Shown here one piece after another: positions 28,110 to 36,618 of a stretch of 39,841 bases of DNA; positions within the stretch are counted from its first letter, which is position 1; each line of letters begins with the position of its first letter. Source of the stretch: Betaproteobacteria bacterium (lineage in GTDB: Bacteria > Pseudomonadota > Gammaproteobacteria > Burkholderiales > SG8-41); NCBI GenBank assembly GCA_016202615.1, contig JACQOI010000200.1:1-39841 (forward strand), read 5' to 3'. The position numbers were made by a program, and so were the translations under genes. The notes under the pieces are model-generated. The model made no database searches. It was not told the origin of the DNA and was given only the letters and a program-made list of their open reading frames with translations.

Positions 28110-29018
28110 TCAGCTCGGCCAAGCTTCGAGGAGATCGCCCACCGCGTCGCCAGCCGCCTCCATTACCAAATCGCCGCCGTAGAAGAATGCCCAGTAGAGC
28201 GTTTGGACCACCTGGTGTCGCTTCACTCCGAGCCGCATCGCGTGGAGGACCGAGCTTCTCATCAGGTCGCGCTGCAAGCGAACCGTCGCAACGTTGAGCG
28301 TGTACAGCGGCGCGAGCTGGGCCGGCAGAGCGTTTCCGAGAGCGCGCTCGTAGCGAATCCGCTGCGTCTTATACGCAGCTGGATGCAGCTTCGCCCAGAG
28401 ATCGACATGTCGCGGAGGAGCGCCATGCGCCGCCGTGTGCCAGGCCTTGATCGCGGCGACGTCGGCGGCACTCAGCTCGTTTGTCGAGAGGTCCATGCCC
28501 GAGCGGAAAGCGGCGGGGTTCGGCACCCAGTCCGCCGGCCACTCGTACGTAGACGGGGCATCGTCCGGCCACGACCTCAGGTACTCGTCGCTCAGTGTTG
28601 CGACGGCGTTGATGCTGGCCGGTCCTCCGCTGAGAAACGCGTAGGCAAATGTGTCCATGACCACGGCCTTCGACATCCCCAGGCGGCGAGCGGCGAGGAT
28701 CTCGTAGAGGATGCCCCTCTCGTTCGCGATCACCGCATAGAGGTGGAGGAAGAGCAGCACCGACACGCCGAACGGCAGGGCAACCCCATCCCGTGACGCC
28801 TCGATGAACGTGAACCACCGCCGGTAATCCTTGAACTGCCTGGGGAGATGCTCCATGAGGAAGGGAACGAACGGGACGAGCTTCAGGTCGCCGCTCCCGT
28901 GGAACCGGTTGTACCAAGCCTCGAACGCGGCTTTCTCCTCGGGCGAGAACCGATCCTGGTCCCACTTGGCGTTCATGCCGAGGTCGAAGAAGCTCGGCTC
29001 AGGCCGCTGGCCGCTCAT
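28110..29018 (-). CDS. Hypothetical protein with two CMD/AhpD-like repeats, no CxxC
   Basis: Internal repeat: EILAARRLGMSKAVVMDTFAYAFLSGG versus SVLHAMRLGVKRHQVVQTLYWAFFYGG; GAGGAG RBS. Confidence 0.65.
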   Translation of the reverse strand: MSGQRPEPSFFDLGMNAKWDQDRFSPEEKAAFEAWYNRFHGSGDLKLVPFVPFLMEHLPRQFKDYRRWFTFIEASRDGVALPFGVSVLLFLHLYAVIANERGILYEILAARRLGMSKAVVMDTFAYAFLSGGPASINAVATLSDEYLRSWPDDAPSTYEWPADWVPNPAAFRSGMDLSTNELSAADVAAIKAWHTAAHGAPPRHVDLWAKLHPAAYKTQRIRYERALGNALPAQLAPLYTLNVATVRLQRDLMRSSVLHAMRLGVKRHQVVQTLYWAFFYGGDLVMEAAGDAVGDLLEAWPS

Positions 29019-29056
29019 CTGGACTTCTCCTCAAGTAAATAGTAATGGAAAAATCA

Positions 29057-29144
29057 TAACTACTCAGGGGGCCATCACCATGATGCCGCCAACAGGGCGA
29101 TACTCTACCGCCCTCTCCCGCGTCAAGGCAAGCGAGAAAAATTC
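29057..29144 (-). promoter_or_regulatory. 88-bp promoter/leader cassette, copy B
   Basis: Reverse complement aligns with 26945-27032 (48/51 identical from TAGAGT to GTTA). Confidence 0.7.
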
Positions 29145-29198
29145 TTCTTTAGCGCGCTGGGGTTGCTATTTGCGGATGTCGGGAGCATCATTTAACTG

Positions 29199-29227
29199 TT
29201 GACGAGGGAACCGGGCTCATGCAAACT
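29199..29227 (+). promoter_or_regulatory. Candidate sigma70 promoter for the Bug gene at 29376
   Basis: TTGACG-N17-CAAACT; consensus match only. Confidence 0.35.
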
Positions 29228-29375
29228 TTTTTCTCAGGCAAATTTCCTGCGGACGGGAAAAAAGCGGGCAGTTGCCCGGACCGGGATCAAGCCGGAATTT
29301 TATTTTCGGACATTACGGTGTAAGTATTAACCGTACATTACGATAGTTTCAGCAGGTCGTTTTCGCGGAGGAGCC

Positions 29376-30362
29376 GTGGGCAAGCTGCATCACGTTGTGG
29401 TCGCCGTTTCGGTATTGTGCGCGAGCGCGGCGCTCGCGCAGGCGCCGGTTGCCGGCCCTTTGACGAGCTATCCGACCAAGTCCGTTCGTATGCTCGTCGG
29501 CTTCGCGCCCGGTGGCGGCACCGACGTGATAGCGCGTATCTACGCCCAGAGACTCAGCGAATCCCTGGGGCAGACTTTCATCGTGGAAAACCGGCCCGGC
29601 GCGGGCGGCACTATCGCTACCGATTTCACCGCCAAGGCCGCGCCTGACGGCTACACGCTGCTGATGACGGGCATCGTGCACACCACCACCGCCACCATCT
29701 ACAGCAAGCTCCCGTACGATCCGGTCAAAGACTTCACCGCGATCACCACCGTGGGATTGACGCCGCAATGTTTTGTAGTTCATCCGTCCATGCCGGTGAA
29801 AACGCTGCGCGAGCTGATCGCGCTGGCAAAGGCGAAGCCCGGAGAGGTCAGTTACGCGTCCGCGGGCAACGGTACGCCGATGCACGTCGGGATGGAATTG
29901 TTCCGGTCGATGGCCGGGATCAAGCTGCTGCACGTGCCATATAACGGCGCCGGTCCGTCCACCATCGCGGTGCTTGGAGGGCAGATTCCCGTGCTCTCGA
30001 CCAGCCTGCCGACGGCGATACCGCACGCGCGCGCCGGCAAGCTCAGGATACTCGCCGTGACCACCGCGCAACGCACCCAGCTCGCACCCGACTATCCGAC
30101 CGTGGCGGAGGCCGCAGGACTGCCGGGTTACGAAGCGGCCGTTTGGTACGGCCTCTTGGCGCCGGCGGGCATGCCCCAGGCTGTCGTCAACAAGCTGAAC
30201 GCGGAGATCGAGCGGCAGCAGCAGCGCGAAGTGCGCGAGCAGCTGGCGACGCTGGGTATCGATCCTTACCGCCTCACGCCAACCGATTTCGCCGAACTGA
30301 TCAAATCGGACGTCGTGAAGTGGCGCAACGTAATCCGCGAAACCGGCGCCAAATTGGATTAG
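29376..30362 (+). CDS. Bug/TctC substrate-binding protein
   Basis: YPTKSVRMLVGFAPGGGTD, VENRPGAGG; GGAGGAG RBS and GTG start. Confidence 0.92.
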   Translation: MGKLHHVVVAVSVLCASAALAQAPVAGPLTSYPTKSVRMLVGFAPGGGTDVIARIYAQRLSESLGQTFIVENRPGAGGTIATDFTAKAAPDGYTLLMTGIVHTTTATIYSKLPYDPVKDFTAITTVGLTPQCFVVHPSMPVKTLRELIALAKAKPGEVSYASAGNGTPMHVGMELFRSMAGIKLLHVPYNGAGPSTIAVLGGQIPVLSTSLPTAIPHARAGKLRILAVTTAQRTQLAPDYPTVAEAAGLPGYEAAVWYGLLAPAGMPQAVVNKLNAEIERQQQREVREQLATLGIDPYRLTPTDFAELIKSDVVKWRNVIRETGAKLD

Positions 30363-30382
30363 CCCCGCACGTTTCGCGGGCT

Positions 30383-30448
30383 CTGAAGAAGGGGCCGGCG
30401 GCCACCCTGACGCGTGACTACAAGTGCCACGACATCACCACGCTGTTC
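30383..30448 (+). mobile_element. Tiny IS630-family transposase remnant
   Basis: LKKGPAATLTRDYKCHDITTLF resembles the IS630 DDE-domain segment KKGR..TMTHDYKRHGTTTLF. Confidence 0.65.
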
Positions 30449-30534
30449 AAGAATGGATCGCAAAACTGAGCCGGGAATAACTCCCGCCAAAAGTGCGGCG
30501 TGTTAACAATTGCCGTCTATCTAAGGAAACGTCA

Positions 30535-30927
30535 ATGGACGAACTGAAAAAGCTATCCCCGCTCGGCAAATACATCGAGCACTGCAGGAAAGGCGAACTC
30601 GCTTACCAGGTGTGCACCGACGACAACACGCCGGTGTTCTTTCCGCGTGCCGTCGCGCCCAAGACCGGCAGCACCAACCTCGAGTGGCGCGTCTCCAAAG
30701 GTCTCGGCACGGTGTACTCGACGACAGTCGTCTACGCCGCCAAGGACCAGCCGCCGCACAACGTTGCGCTGATCGATATCGACGAGGGTTTCCGCATGAT
30801 GAGCCGGGTCGAGGACATCGATCCGCTGCAGGTCAAAATCGGCATGCGCGTCAAGGTCAAGATTAATCCCGGTGATGACAAGCAGCCGCCCTACCCTGTG
30901 TTCACGCCTGCGGAGGATGCCAAATGA
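30535..30927 (+). CDS. DUF35/ChsH2-like Zn-ribbon OB-fold protein
   Basis: GELAYQVC...FFPR, SKGLGTVYSTTVV, LIDIDEGFRMMSRV, IGMRVKV; coupled to the thiolase. Confidence 0.88.
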   Translation: MDELKKLSPLGKYIEHCRKGELAYQVCTDDNTPVFFPRAVAPKTGSTNLEWRVSKGLGTVYSTTVVYAAKDQPPHNVALIDIDEGFRMMSRVEDIDPLQVKIGMRVKVKINPGDDKQPPYPVFTPAEDAK

Positions 30928-32078
30928 GCGCCCTCAAACGCGGTAGCGTCGCAGTCGTCGGGGCCGCCGAGTCCGATCTCGGTCAGGTTGCCCCGCACAC
31001 CAGCCCGGTCGACCTGATGGCACAGGCCACGCGCCGCGCGCTCGACGATTGCGGCCTCAAGCTATCCGATGTCGACGGAGTGTTCGTCGCCGCCAGCCAG
31101 GTACGCAATGCGCCGATGGTGCTGTCGGAGTATCTGCGTCTGAAGCCGAAGTATTTTGACGGCACGCAGATCGGCGGTTCATCCTTCATGTCGCACGTGG
31201 CGCACGCGCAGGCCGCGCTCGAGGCCGGCCTGTGCGAAGTCGCGCTGATCGCCTACGGCAGCACGCAGCGGTCGGTGAGCCGCGCTGCGGCAAGCCCGCG
31301 CGAATACAACCCGTATGAAACGCCTTATAAGCCTCTCCTGCCGATCAGCGCTTATGCGATGGCAGCCGCACGCCACATGCATCAATACGGCACGACCCGT
31401 GAGAATCTTGCCGAAGTCGCGGTCGCCGCGCGTAAATGGGCGCTGATGAACCCGGTGGCATGGGAAAAGGAGCCGCTCACGATCGAGCAAGCGTTGAAAG
31501 CGCGCATGGTAAGCTATCCGTTCACGGTGCGCGACTGCTGCCTGGTGGTGGACGGCGGCGGCGCGATTATCGTGACCTTGGCCGCGCGCGCCAAAACGCT
31601 CAAGAAAAAGCCGGTCTACGTGCTCGGTACCGGCGAAGCGTTGAGCCACGCGACGATTTCCAACATGCCGGATCTGACCGTGACCGCTGCGGCGGAATCC
31701 GGGCCCCAGGCGTTCAAGATGGCGGGCGTCAACCCATCCGACGTCGACATGGTGTCGCTCTACGACGCGTTCACGATCACCCCCATCCTGTTCCTCGAGG
31801 ACCTGGGCTTCTGCCCCAAGGGCGAGGGCGGCCGTTTCGTCTCCGGCGGCAATATCGCGCCCGGCGGCAAGCTGGCGGTGAACACCAGCGGCGGTGGTTT
31901 GTCTTATTGCCACCCCGGAATGTACGGGCTCCTGGTGATGATCGAAGCGGTGCGCCAGGTGCGCGGCGAATGCGGGAGCCGCCAAGTCAAGGACTGCGAA
32001 ATCGCTCTCGCGCACGGCAACGGCGGAGTTCTATCAAGTCAATGCACGGTGCTGTTCGGCGGAGCCTCGACGGTGTAA
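30924..32078 (+). CDS. SCP2-type / Ltp2-like thiolase-family protein
   Basis: GGSSF (no nucleophilic Cys), DCC...DGGGA, LYDAFT, LEDLGFC.KGEGG, NTSGGGLSYCHPG, HGNGG. Confidence 0.9.
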   Translation: MSALKRGSVAVVGAAESDLGQVAPHTSPVDLMAQATRRALDDCGLKLSDVDGVFVAASQVRNAPMVLSEYLRLKPKYFDGTQIGGSSFMSHVAHAQAALEAGLCEVALIAYGSTQRSVSRAAASPREYNPYETPYKPLLPISAYAMAAARHMHQYGTTRENLAEVAVAARKWALMNPVAWEKEPLTIEQALKARMVSYPFTVRDCCLVVDGGGAIIVTLAARAKTLKKKPVYVLGTGEALSHATISNMPDLTVTAAAESGPQAFKMAGVNPSDVDMVSLYDAFTITPILFLEDLGFCPKGEGGRFVSGGNIAPGGKLAVNTSGGGLSYCHPGMYGLLVMIEAVRQVRGECGSRQVKDCEIALAHGNGGVLSSQCTVLFGGASTV

Positions 32079-32171
32079 TGAAATCCGTCCCGCCCGGAAT
32101 TACCGATCATTTAGGCTTTTTGAAAATTGCGGCAAGCGGTTAACGCTCATTCATTCAAGGGAAAATCGGCG

Positions 32172-32705
32172 ATGGATCTAACGGACGATGACGTTCTAAA
32201 AATACTCAAGATCATCGATGAATCCGATTATGACGACGTGCGGCTGGAAATCGGTGATTTCAAGCTGCATGTGCAGAAACACGGCAATGCGGAACACGCC
32301 TCGCCGGCGGCGCCATCCGACAACCGGGAAAAGCCGCACGCTACCGCGCCGGCGGCTGTTCATGCGGCCAGCGCCGTGGCGCCACCCGTCACGTCAGCCG
32401 TTCCCAAGGCGGCCGAGGAGGAACCGATACCAGACGGACTGGTTGTCGTACGGGCTCCGATGCTGGGCACGTTTTATCGGGCGCCGTCTCCGGGGGAAAA
32501 GCCATTCGTGGAAATCGGTGACAAGATCGGTCCCAACGACACGGTGTGCCTGGTCGAGGTGATGAAGCTCTTTAACTCCATCAAGGCCGGCGTGGCGGGA
32601 ACCGTGGTGAAAATCCTGGTTGAAAACGGGGCCATGGTTGAGCACGGGCAGCCGCTCATCCTCATCGAGCATGACCTGATCGATGCGCCAGGCAAGATCC
32701 AGTGA
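32172..32705 (+). CDS. accB: Biotin carboxyl carrier protein
   Basis: APMLGTFYRAPSPG..PFVE.GD; EVMKL biotinylation motif. Confidence 0.92.
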   Translation: MDLTDDDVLKILKIIDESDYDDVRLEIGDFKLHVQKHGNAEHASPAAPSDNREKPHATAPAAVHAASAVAPPVTSAVPKAAEEEPIPDGLVVVRAPMLGTFYRAPSPGEKPFVEIGDKIGPNDTVCLVEVMKLFNSIKAGVAGTVVKILVENGAMVEHGQPLILIEHDLIDAPGKIQ

Positions 32706-34087
32706 ATGCAGAGGGTGGGATTAAGCGCCTGTTTGTCGCCAACCGCGGAGAAATCGCCGTCCGCATCATTCAGGCCTGCCGCAAGCTCGGTGTAGAGGCG
32801 GTGGTCGGCGTCTCGGCAGCCGATCGCCAGTCGCTGGCCGCGACGATCGCCGACCGCGCGGTATGCATCGGTCCCGCGCCGGCAACCGAGAGCTACCTGA
32901 AAATGGGAGCGGTAGTCACTGCCGCGAAGGGCACCGGCTGCGACGCCGTTCATCCCGGCTACGGCTTCCTCGCGGAGCGGGCGGGATTTCAGCGCCTTTG
33001 CGTCGAGCACGGACTGAAGTTTGTCGGACCGTCCGCCGCCGCCATCGAAGCGATGGGCGACAAGCTGCAGGCGCGGCGCATCGCCGCCGAGCTTGGGGTG
33101 CCGATAGTTCCCGGAACCGATCACGTGCGGGCGGCGCAGGACGCATTGGCATTTGGGCGCGAGGCCGGCTTTCCTTTCCTGCTCAAGGCGAGCGCGGGCG
33201 GCGGCGGCCGCGGCATGCGGGTGGTGCGTTCGCCGGAAGAGGTCGCCACTGCCTTCGACAGCGCGAGCGCCGAAGCGCGCGCCGCCTTCGGCAATCCTGC
33301 GCTTTACATCGAGCGCTACGTCGAGCATGCCCGGCATGTGGAAATCCAGGTCATCGCTGACAGCCACGGCAACATCGTTCATCTCGGCGAGCGCGACTGT
33401 TCGACCCAGCGCCGGCATCAAAAGCTGATCGAAGAGGCCCCTTCCCCCGTCATCGATCAGGATCTGCGCGCCCGCATGGCGCAGGCCGCCGTTCGTCTCG
33501 CCGGACACGTCGGCTACACGAATGCCGGAACCGTCGAATTCATCCTGGATCTGGATTCCGACGCGTTTTATTTCCTGGAAATGAATACCCGCATTCAGGT
33601 CGAGCATCCGGTCACCGAGATGATCACGGGCATCGACCTCGTGGCCGAACAGATTCGGGTGGCGGGTGGAGCGCCGCTATCGATTGCGCAGGACGCCGTA
33701 AGGTTCAACGGACATGCGATCGAATGCCGCATCAATGCCGAGAGGGCGGAGCGCGATTTCATGCCCAGCCCGGGCCTCGTCACCGAGTGGCAACCGCCGG
33801 CCGGACCGGAGATTCGCGTCGATACGCATTGTTATCCGGGTTATTTCATCCCGCCCTTCTACGATTCGATGATAGCCAAGCTCATCGTTCACGGCAAGGA
33901 TCGCGCCGCGGCGTTATCGCGCATGTCCCGCGCGCTCGGCAGTTTCAAGGTGGCGGGCGTGCACACCACGATACCCTTTCACCAGGCGGTACTGGCCCAT
34001 CCCGACTTTAGGCGGGGCCGTGGCACCACGCGTTGGGTGGAGGAAAAGTTCATGATGCAAAGCCGCTTGACGGAGAATCTCACATGA
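32702..34087 (+). CDS. accC: Biotin carboxylase
   Basis: ANRGEIAVRI, HPGYGFLAE, GGGGRGMR, ERDCSTQRRHQK, EMNTRIQVEHPVTE. Confidence 0.95.
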   Translation: MNAEGGIKRLFVANRGEIAVRIIQACRKLGVEAVVGVSAADRQSLAATIADRAVCIGPAPATESYLKMGAVVTAAKGTGCDAVHPGYGFLAERAGFQRLCVEHGLKFVGPSAAAIEAMGDKLQARRIAAELGVPIVPGTDHVRAAQDALAFGREAGFPFLLKASAGGGGRGMRVVRSPEEVATAFDSASAEARAAFGNPALYIERYVEHARHVEIQVIADSHGNIVHLGERDCSTQRRHQKLIEEAPSPVIDQDLRARMAQAAVRLAGHVGYTNAGTVEFILDLDSDAFYFLEMNTRIQVEHPVTEMITGIDLVAEQIRVAGGAPLSIAQDAVRFNGHAIECRINAERAERDFMPSPGLVTEWQPPAGPEIRVDTHCYPGYFIPPFYDSMIAKLIVHGKDRAAALSRMSRALGSFKVAGVHTTIPFHQAVLAHPDFRRGRGTTRWVEEKFMMQSRLTENLT

Positions 34088-35580
34088 GGAGAATCAAAGT
34101 CATGGACACTACTCTCCGCGATGGCCACCAGTCGTTGTGGGCCGGGCGCATGACCACCGCCATGATGCTGTCGGCCGCCGAGCGCATGGACCGCATCGGC
34201 TTTGACGGAATCGAGTTCACCGGGCTCGGTCACTTTGATGTTTGCGTGCGCTTTTTGAAGGAGAACCCCTGGGAAAGGGTGCGGCTGATGCGCCAGAAAT
34301 TCAGCCGTACTCCTTTGCAGGGAATTATCCGGAGCAAGACGTTCATCGGTTTTGACGTCGTCCCCAGCGATTTAGGGATGTTGGTCGCCGAGCGATTCGT
34401 CGCGAACGACCTGCGGCACATCAGGATGTTCGACGCAATGAATGACCTCGACAACATGGTCGATACGTTGAAGTACGCGAAGGAGTTGGGCGCTTACACC
34501 GTCGGAGCACTGGCTTACGGCCACAGCCCCGTTCATACCGACGAGCTCTACACGAAAAAAACGAAAGAATTGATCGAACGCGCGGGTGTTGATGCCGTTA
34601 TGCTTAAGGACGCCGGCGGGCTGCTCACGCCTGATCGCATACGCACGCTGGTCCCCGCAATGAAAAAGATGACGGGTGATCTGCCGCTGGAGCTGCACAC
34701 TCACTGTACCACGGGTCTTGGGCCGCTGGTGGTTCTCGAAGGAGTGAAGCTCGGTGTAGATACGGTGCACACGTCCATTGCGCCGCTCGCCAACGGCACA
34801 GCGCAGCCGGCAACGCAGACCATCGTCCGCAATCTCCGTGGCATGGGCTATACGGTCAACGTCGACGACGCGCTGATCGACGAGGTCGGCGAGCACTTTC
34901 GCAAAGTCGCGCAACAAGAACGCAAGCCGCTCGGGATACCGGGGGAATACGACGCGTTCCATTTCGAGCATCAGGTGCCGGGCGGGATGCAGTCCCATTT
35001 CAAATCCCAGCTCGCGCAGGCCGGGCTAGCACACAAGCTCGATGAAGTCCTGCATGAATGCGCGCGCATCCGAAGGGAACTCGGTTGGCCCATCATGATT
35101 ACCCCGTTCTCGCAGCTGGTCGGGACTCAGGCGGTGTTCAACGTTGTGCATGGCGAGCGCTACCGGATCGTTCCGGACGAGGTGAAGAAATACGCGCTCG
35201 GCTATTATGGCAAACTGCTGGCGCCGGTCGAGCCCGACGTGCTCGACCGGATTATTGAGAACGGCTCGCAATCGATTTCCCTCGAACCGCCGCCGCCCGA
35301 GCCGGCGGTGCCAGGCTTACGAAAGAAATATCCCGACATCAGCGATGAGGAGCGATTGCTCCGCTATTCGTACGCGGGGTCGCAGGTGGACGAGATGATT
35401 GCCGCCGGCCCGATCAAAACCGAATACCGTTTTGAGAGGCCCCTGGTCAGCCTGCTCAACGAGATCACCAAGCGCCCGAAGCTCGCCCATGTTTATGTCG
35501 AAGGTAAGGGGTTGCGTCTGGAGCTTAGCAGCAAATCACGTGAGTCCCATCGTATAACCTCCAAGGAGAACCTGAGATGA
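34084..35580 (+). CDS. Pyruvate carboxylase B / oxaloacetate decarboxylase alpha-like carboxyltransferase, paralogue 1 (no biotin domain)
   Basis: DTTLRDGHQS, ENPWER, LKDAGG, HTH, HQVPGGM, ITPFSQ. Confidence 0.9.
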   Translation: MRRIKVMDTTLRDGHQSLWAGRMTTAMMLSAAERMDRIGFDGIEFTGLGHFDVCVRFLKENPWERVRLMRQKFSRTPLQGIIRSKTFIGFDVVPSDLGMLVAERFVANDLRHIRMFDAMNDLDNMVDTLKYAKELGAYTVGALAYGHSPVHTDELYTKKTKELIERAGVDAVMLKDAGGLLTPDRIRTLVPAMKKMTGDLPLELHTHCTTGLGPLVVLEGVKLGVDTVHTSIAPLANGTAQPATQTIVRNLRGMGYTVNVDDALIDEVGEHFRKVAQQERKPLGIPGEYDAFHFEHQVPGGMQSHFKSQLAQAGLAHKLDEVLHECARIRRELGWPIMITPFSQLVGTQAVFNVVHGERYRIVPDEVKKYALGYYGKLLAPVEPDVLDRIIENGSQSISLEPPPPEPAVPGLRKKYPDISDEERLLRYSYAGSQVDEMIAAGPIKTEYRFERPLVSLLNEITKRPKLAHVYVEGKGLRLELSSKSRESHRITSKENLR

Positions 35581-36542
35581 CATTGATGAACACCCTGCGT
35601 GGAATTAGCGTTGTCCTGCTGGCGGGCGCTTCGATTGCCTCGGCGCAGCAGTACCCGACCAAACCGATACGCTTCATCCTGCCGGCTCTCCCCGGCGGCG
35701 GCTTCGACCTTGTGGGCCGCACCATCAGCCCGAAAATCTCCGAGTCATTGGGCCGGCAGGTCGTCGTTGAAAACCGCGGTGGAGCACAGGGCAACGCCGG
35801 CACCGCGTTGGGCGCCAAAGCAGCGCCGGACGGCTACACGGTGGTGTTGACCTATATTGGCGCGCTGGCGATCGCGCCGTGGATGTACAAGGACCTCGGC
35901 TATCACCCGCTGCGTGACTTCGAGCACATCACGCAACTTTCCTCGTCACCCTATCTCGTCGTAACGCACCCGAGCGTGCCGGCGAAAAGCCTCAAGGAGC
36001 TGGCGGCGTTCGCCAAGGCGCACCCGGACCAGCTCACCTTCGCGTCCTCGGGAACGGCGAACCAACTGGCCGGGGAGTTGTTCAAAATCATGACCGGCAC
36101 CAGGATGACCCACATACCCTACAAGGGCTCATCGGGCGCCGCGATCGACCTGCTGGGCGGCCACATCGCGCTGAGTTTCCTGAGCCCGGCCGCTACGACG
36201 GGGCATGTCAAGAGCGGGCGGCTGCGCGGCCTCGCCGTGACGGGGACTTCCCGGCTCCCGGCATTGCCGGATGTCCCGACTTCCAGGGAAGCGGGCTATC
36301 CCGGCCTCGATGTCAAGGGCTGGTATGGCGTATCTGCTCCAGCCAACACCCCGAAAGAAATAGTCGCCAGGCTCAACGCCGAGTTCGTGCGTGCGCTCAG
36401 GCTGCCCGAGGTAAAAGAGCGGCTCAACAGTGTCGGCTTCGATACGGTGGGTGACTCCTCCGAGGAGTTCACCGCCTACGTTAAATCCGAGTACGAGCGC
36501 TGGGGCGAGGTAGTGAAGAAGTCGGGAGTAACGGCCGATTGA
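35577..36542 (+). CDS. Bug/TctC substrate-binding protein
   Basis: YPTKPIRFILPALPGGGFD, APDGYT, HIPYKG. Confidence 0.92.
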   Translation: MTLMNTLRGISVVLLAGASIASAQQYPTKPIRFILPALPGGGFDLVGRTISPKISESLGRQVVVENRGGAQGNAGTALGAKAAPDGYTVVLTYIGALAIAPWMYKDLGYHPLRDFEHITQLSSSPYLVVTHPSVPAKSLKELAAFAKAHPDQLTFASSGTANQLAGELFKIMTGTRMTHIPYKGSSGAAIDLLGGHIALSFLSPAATTGHVKSGRLRGLAVTGTSRLPALPDVPTSREAGYPGLDVKGWYGVSAPANTPKEIVARLNAEFVRALRLPEVKERLNSVGFDTVGDSSEEFTAYVKSEYERWGEVVKKSGVTAD

Positions 36543-36618
36543 AGTGCGAGGAGTTCCGGCTGCAAGCGATGAGCTTTGCGGTTGGCGCGGCGCGATTTTG
36601 CCAAACGGGGAGCGCCCC

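Noticed and set aside
30497-32146. Shared AAAA(G/T)TGCGGC...GTTAAC motif upstream of DUF35 and BCCP
   Set aside because: Only two instances with different spacing; insufficient to call an operator.
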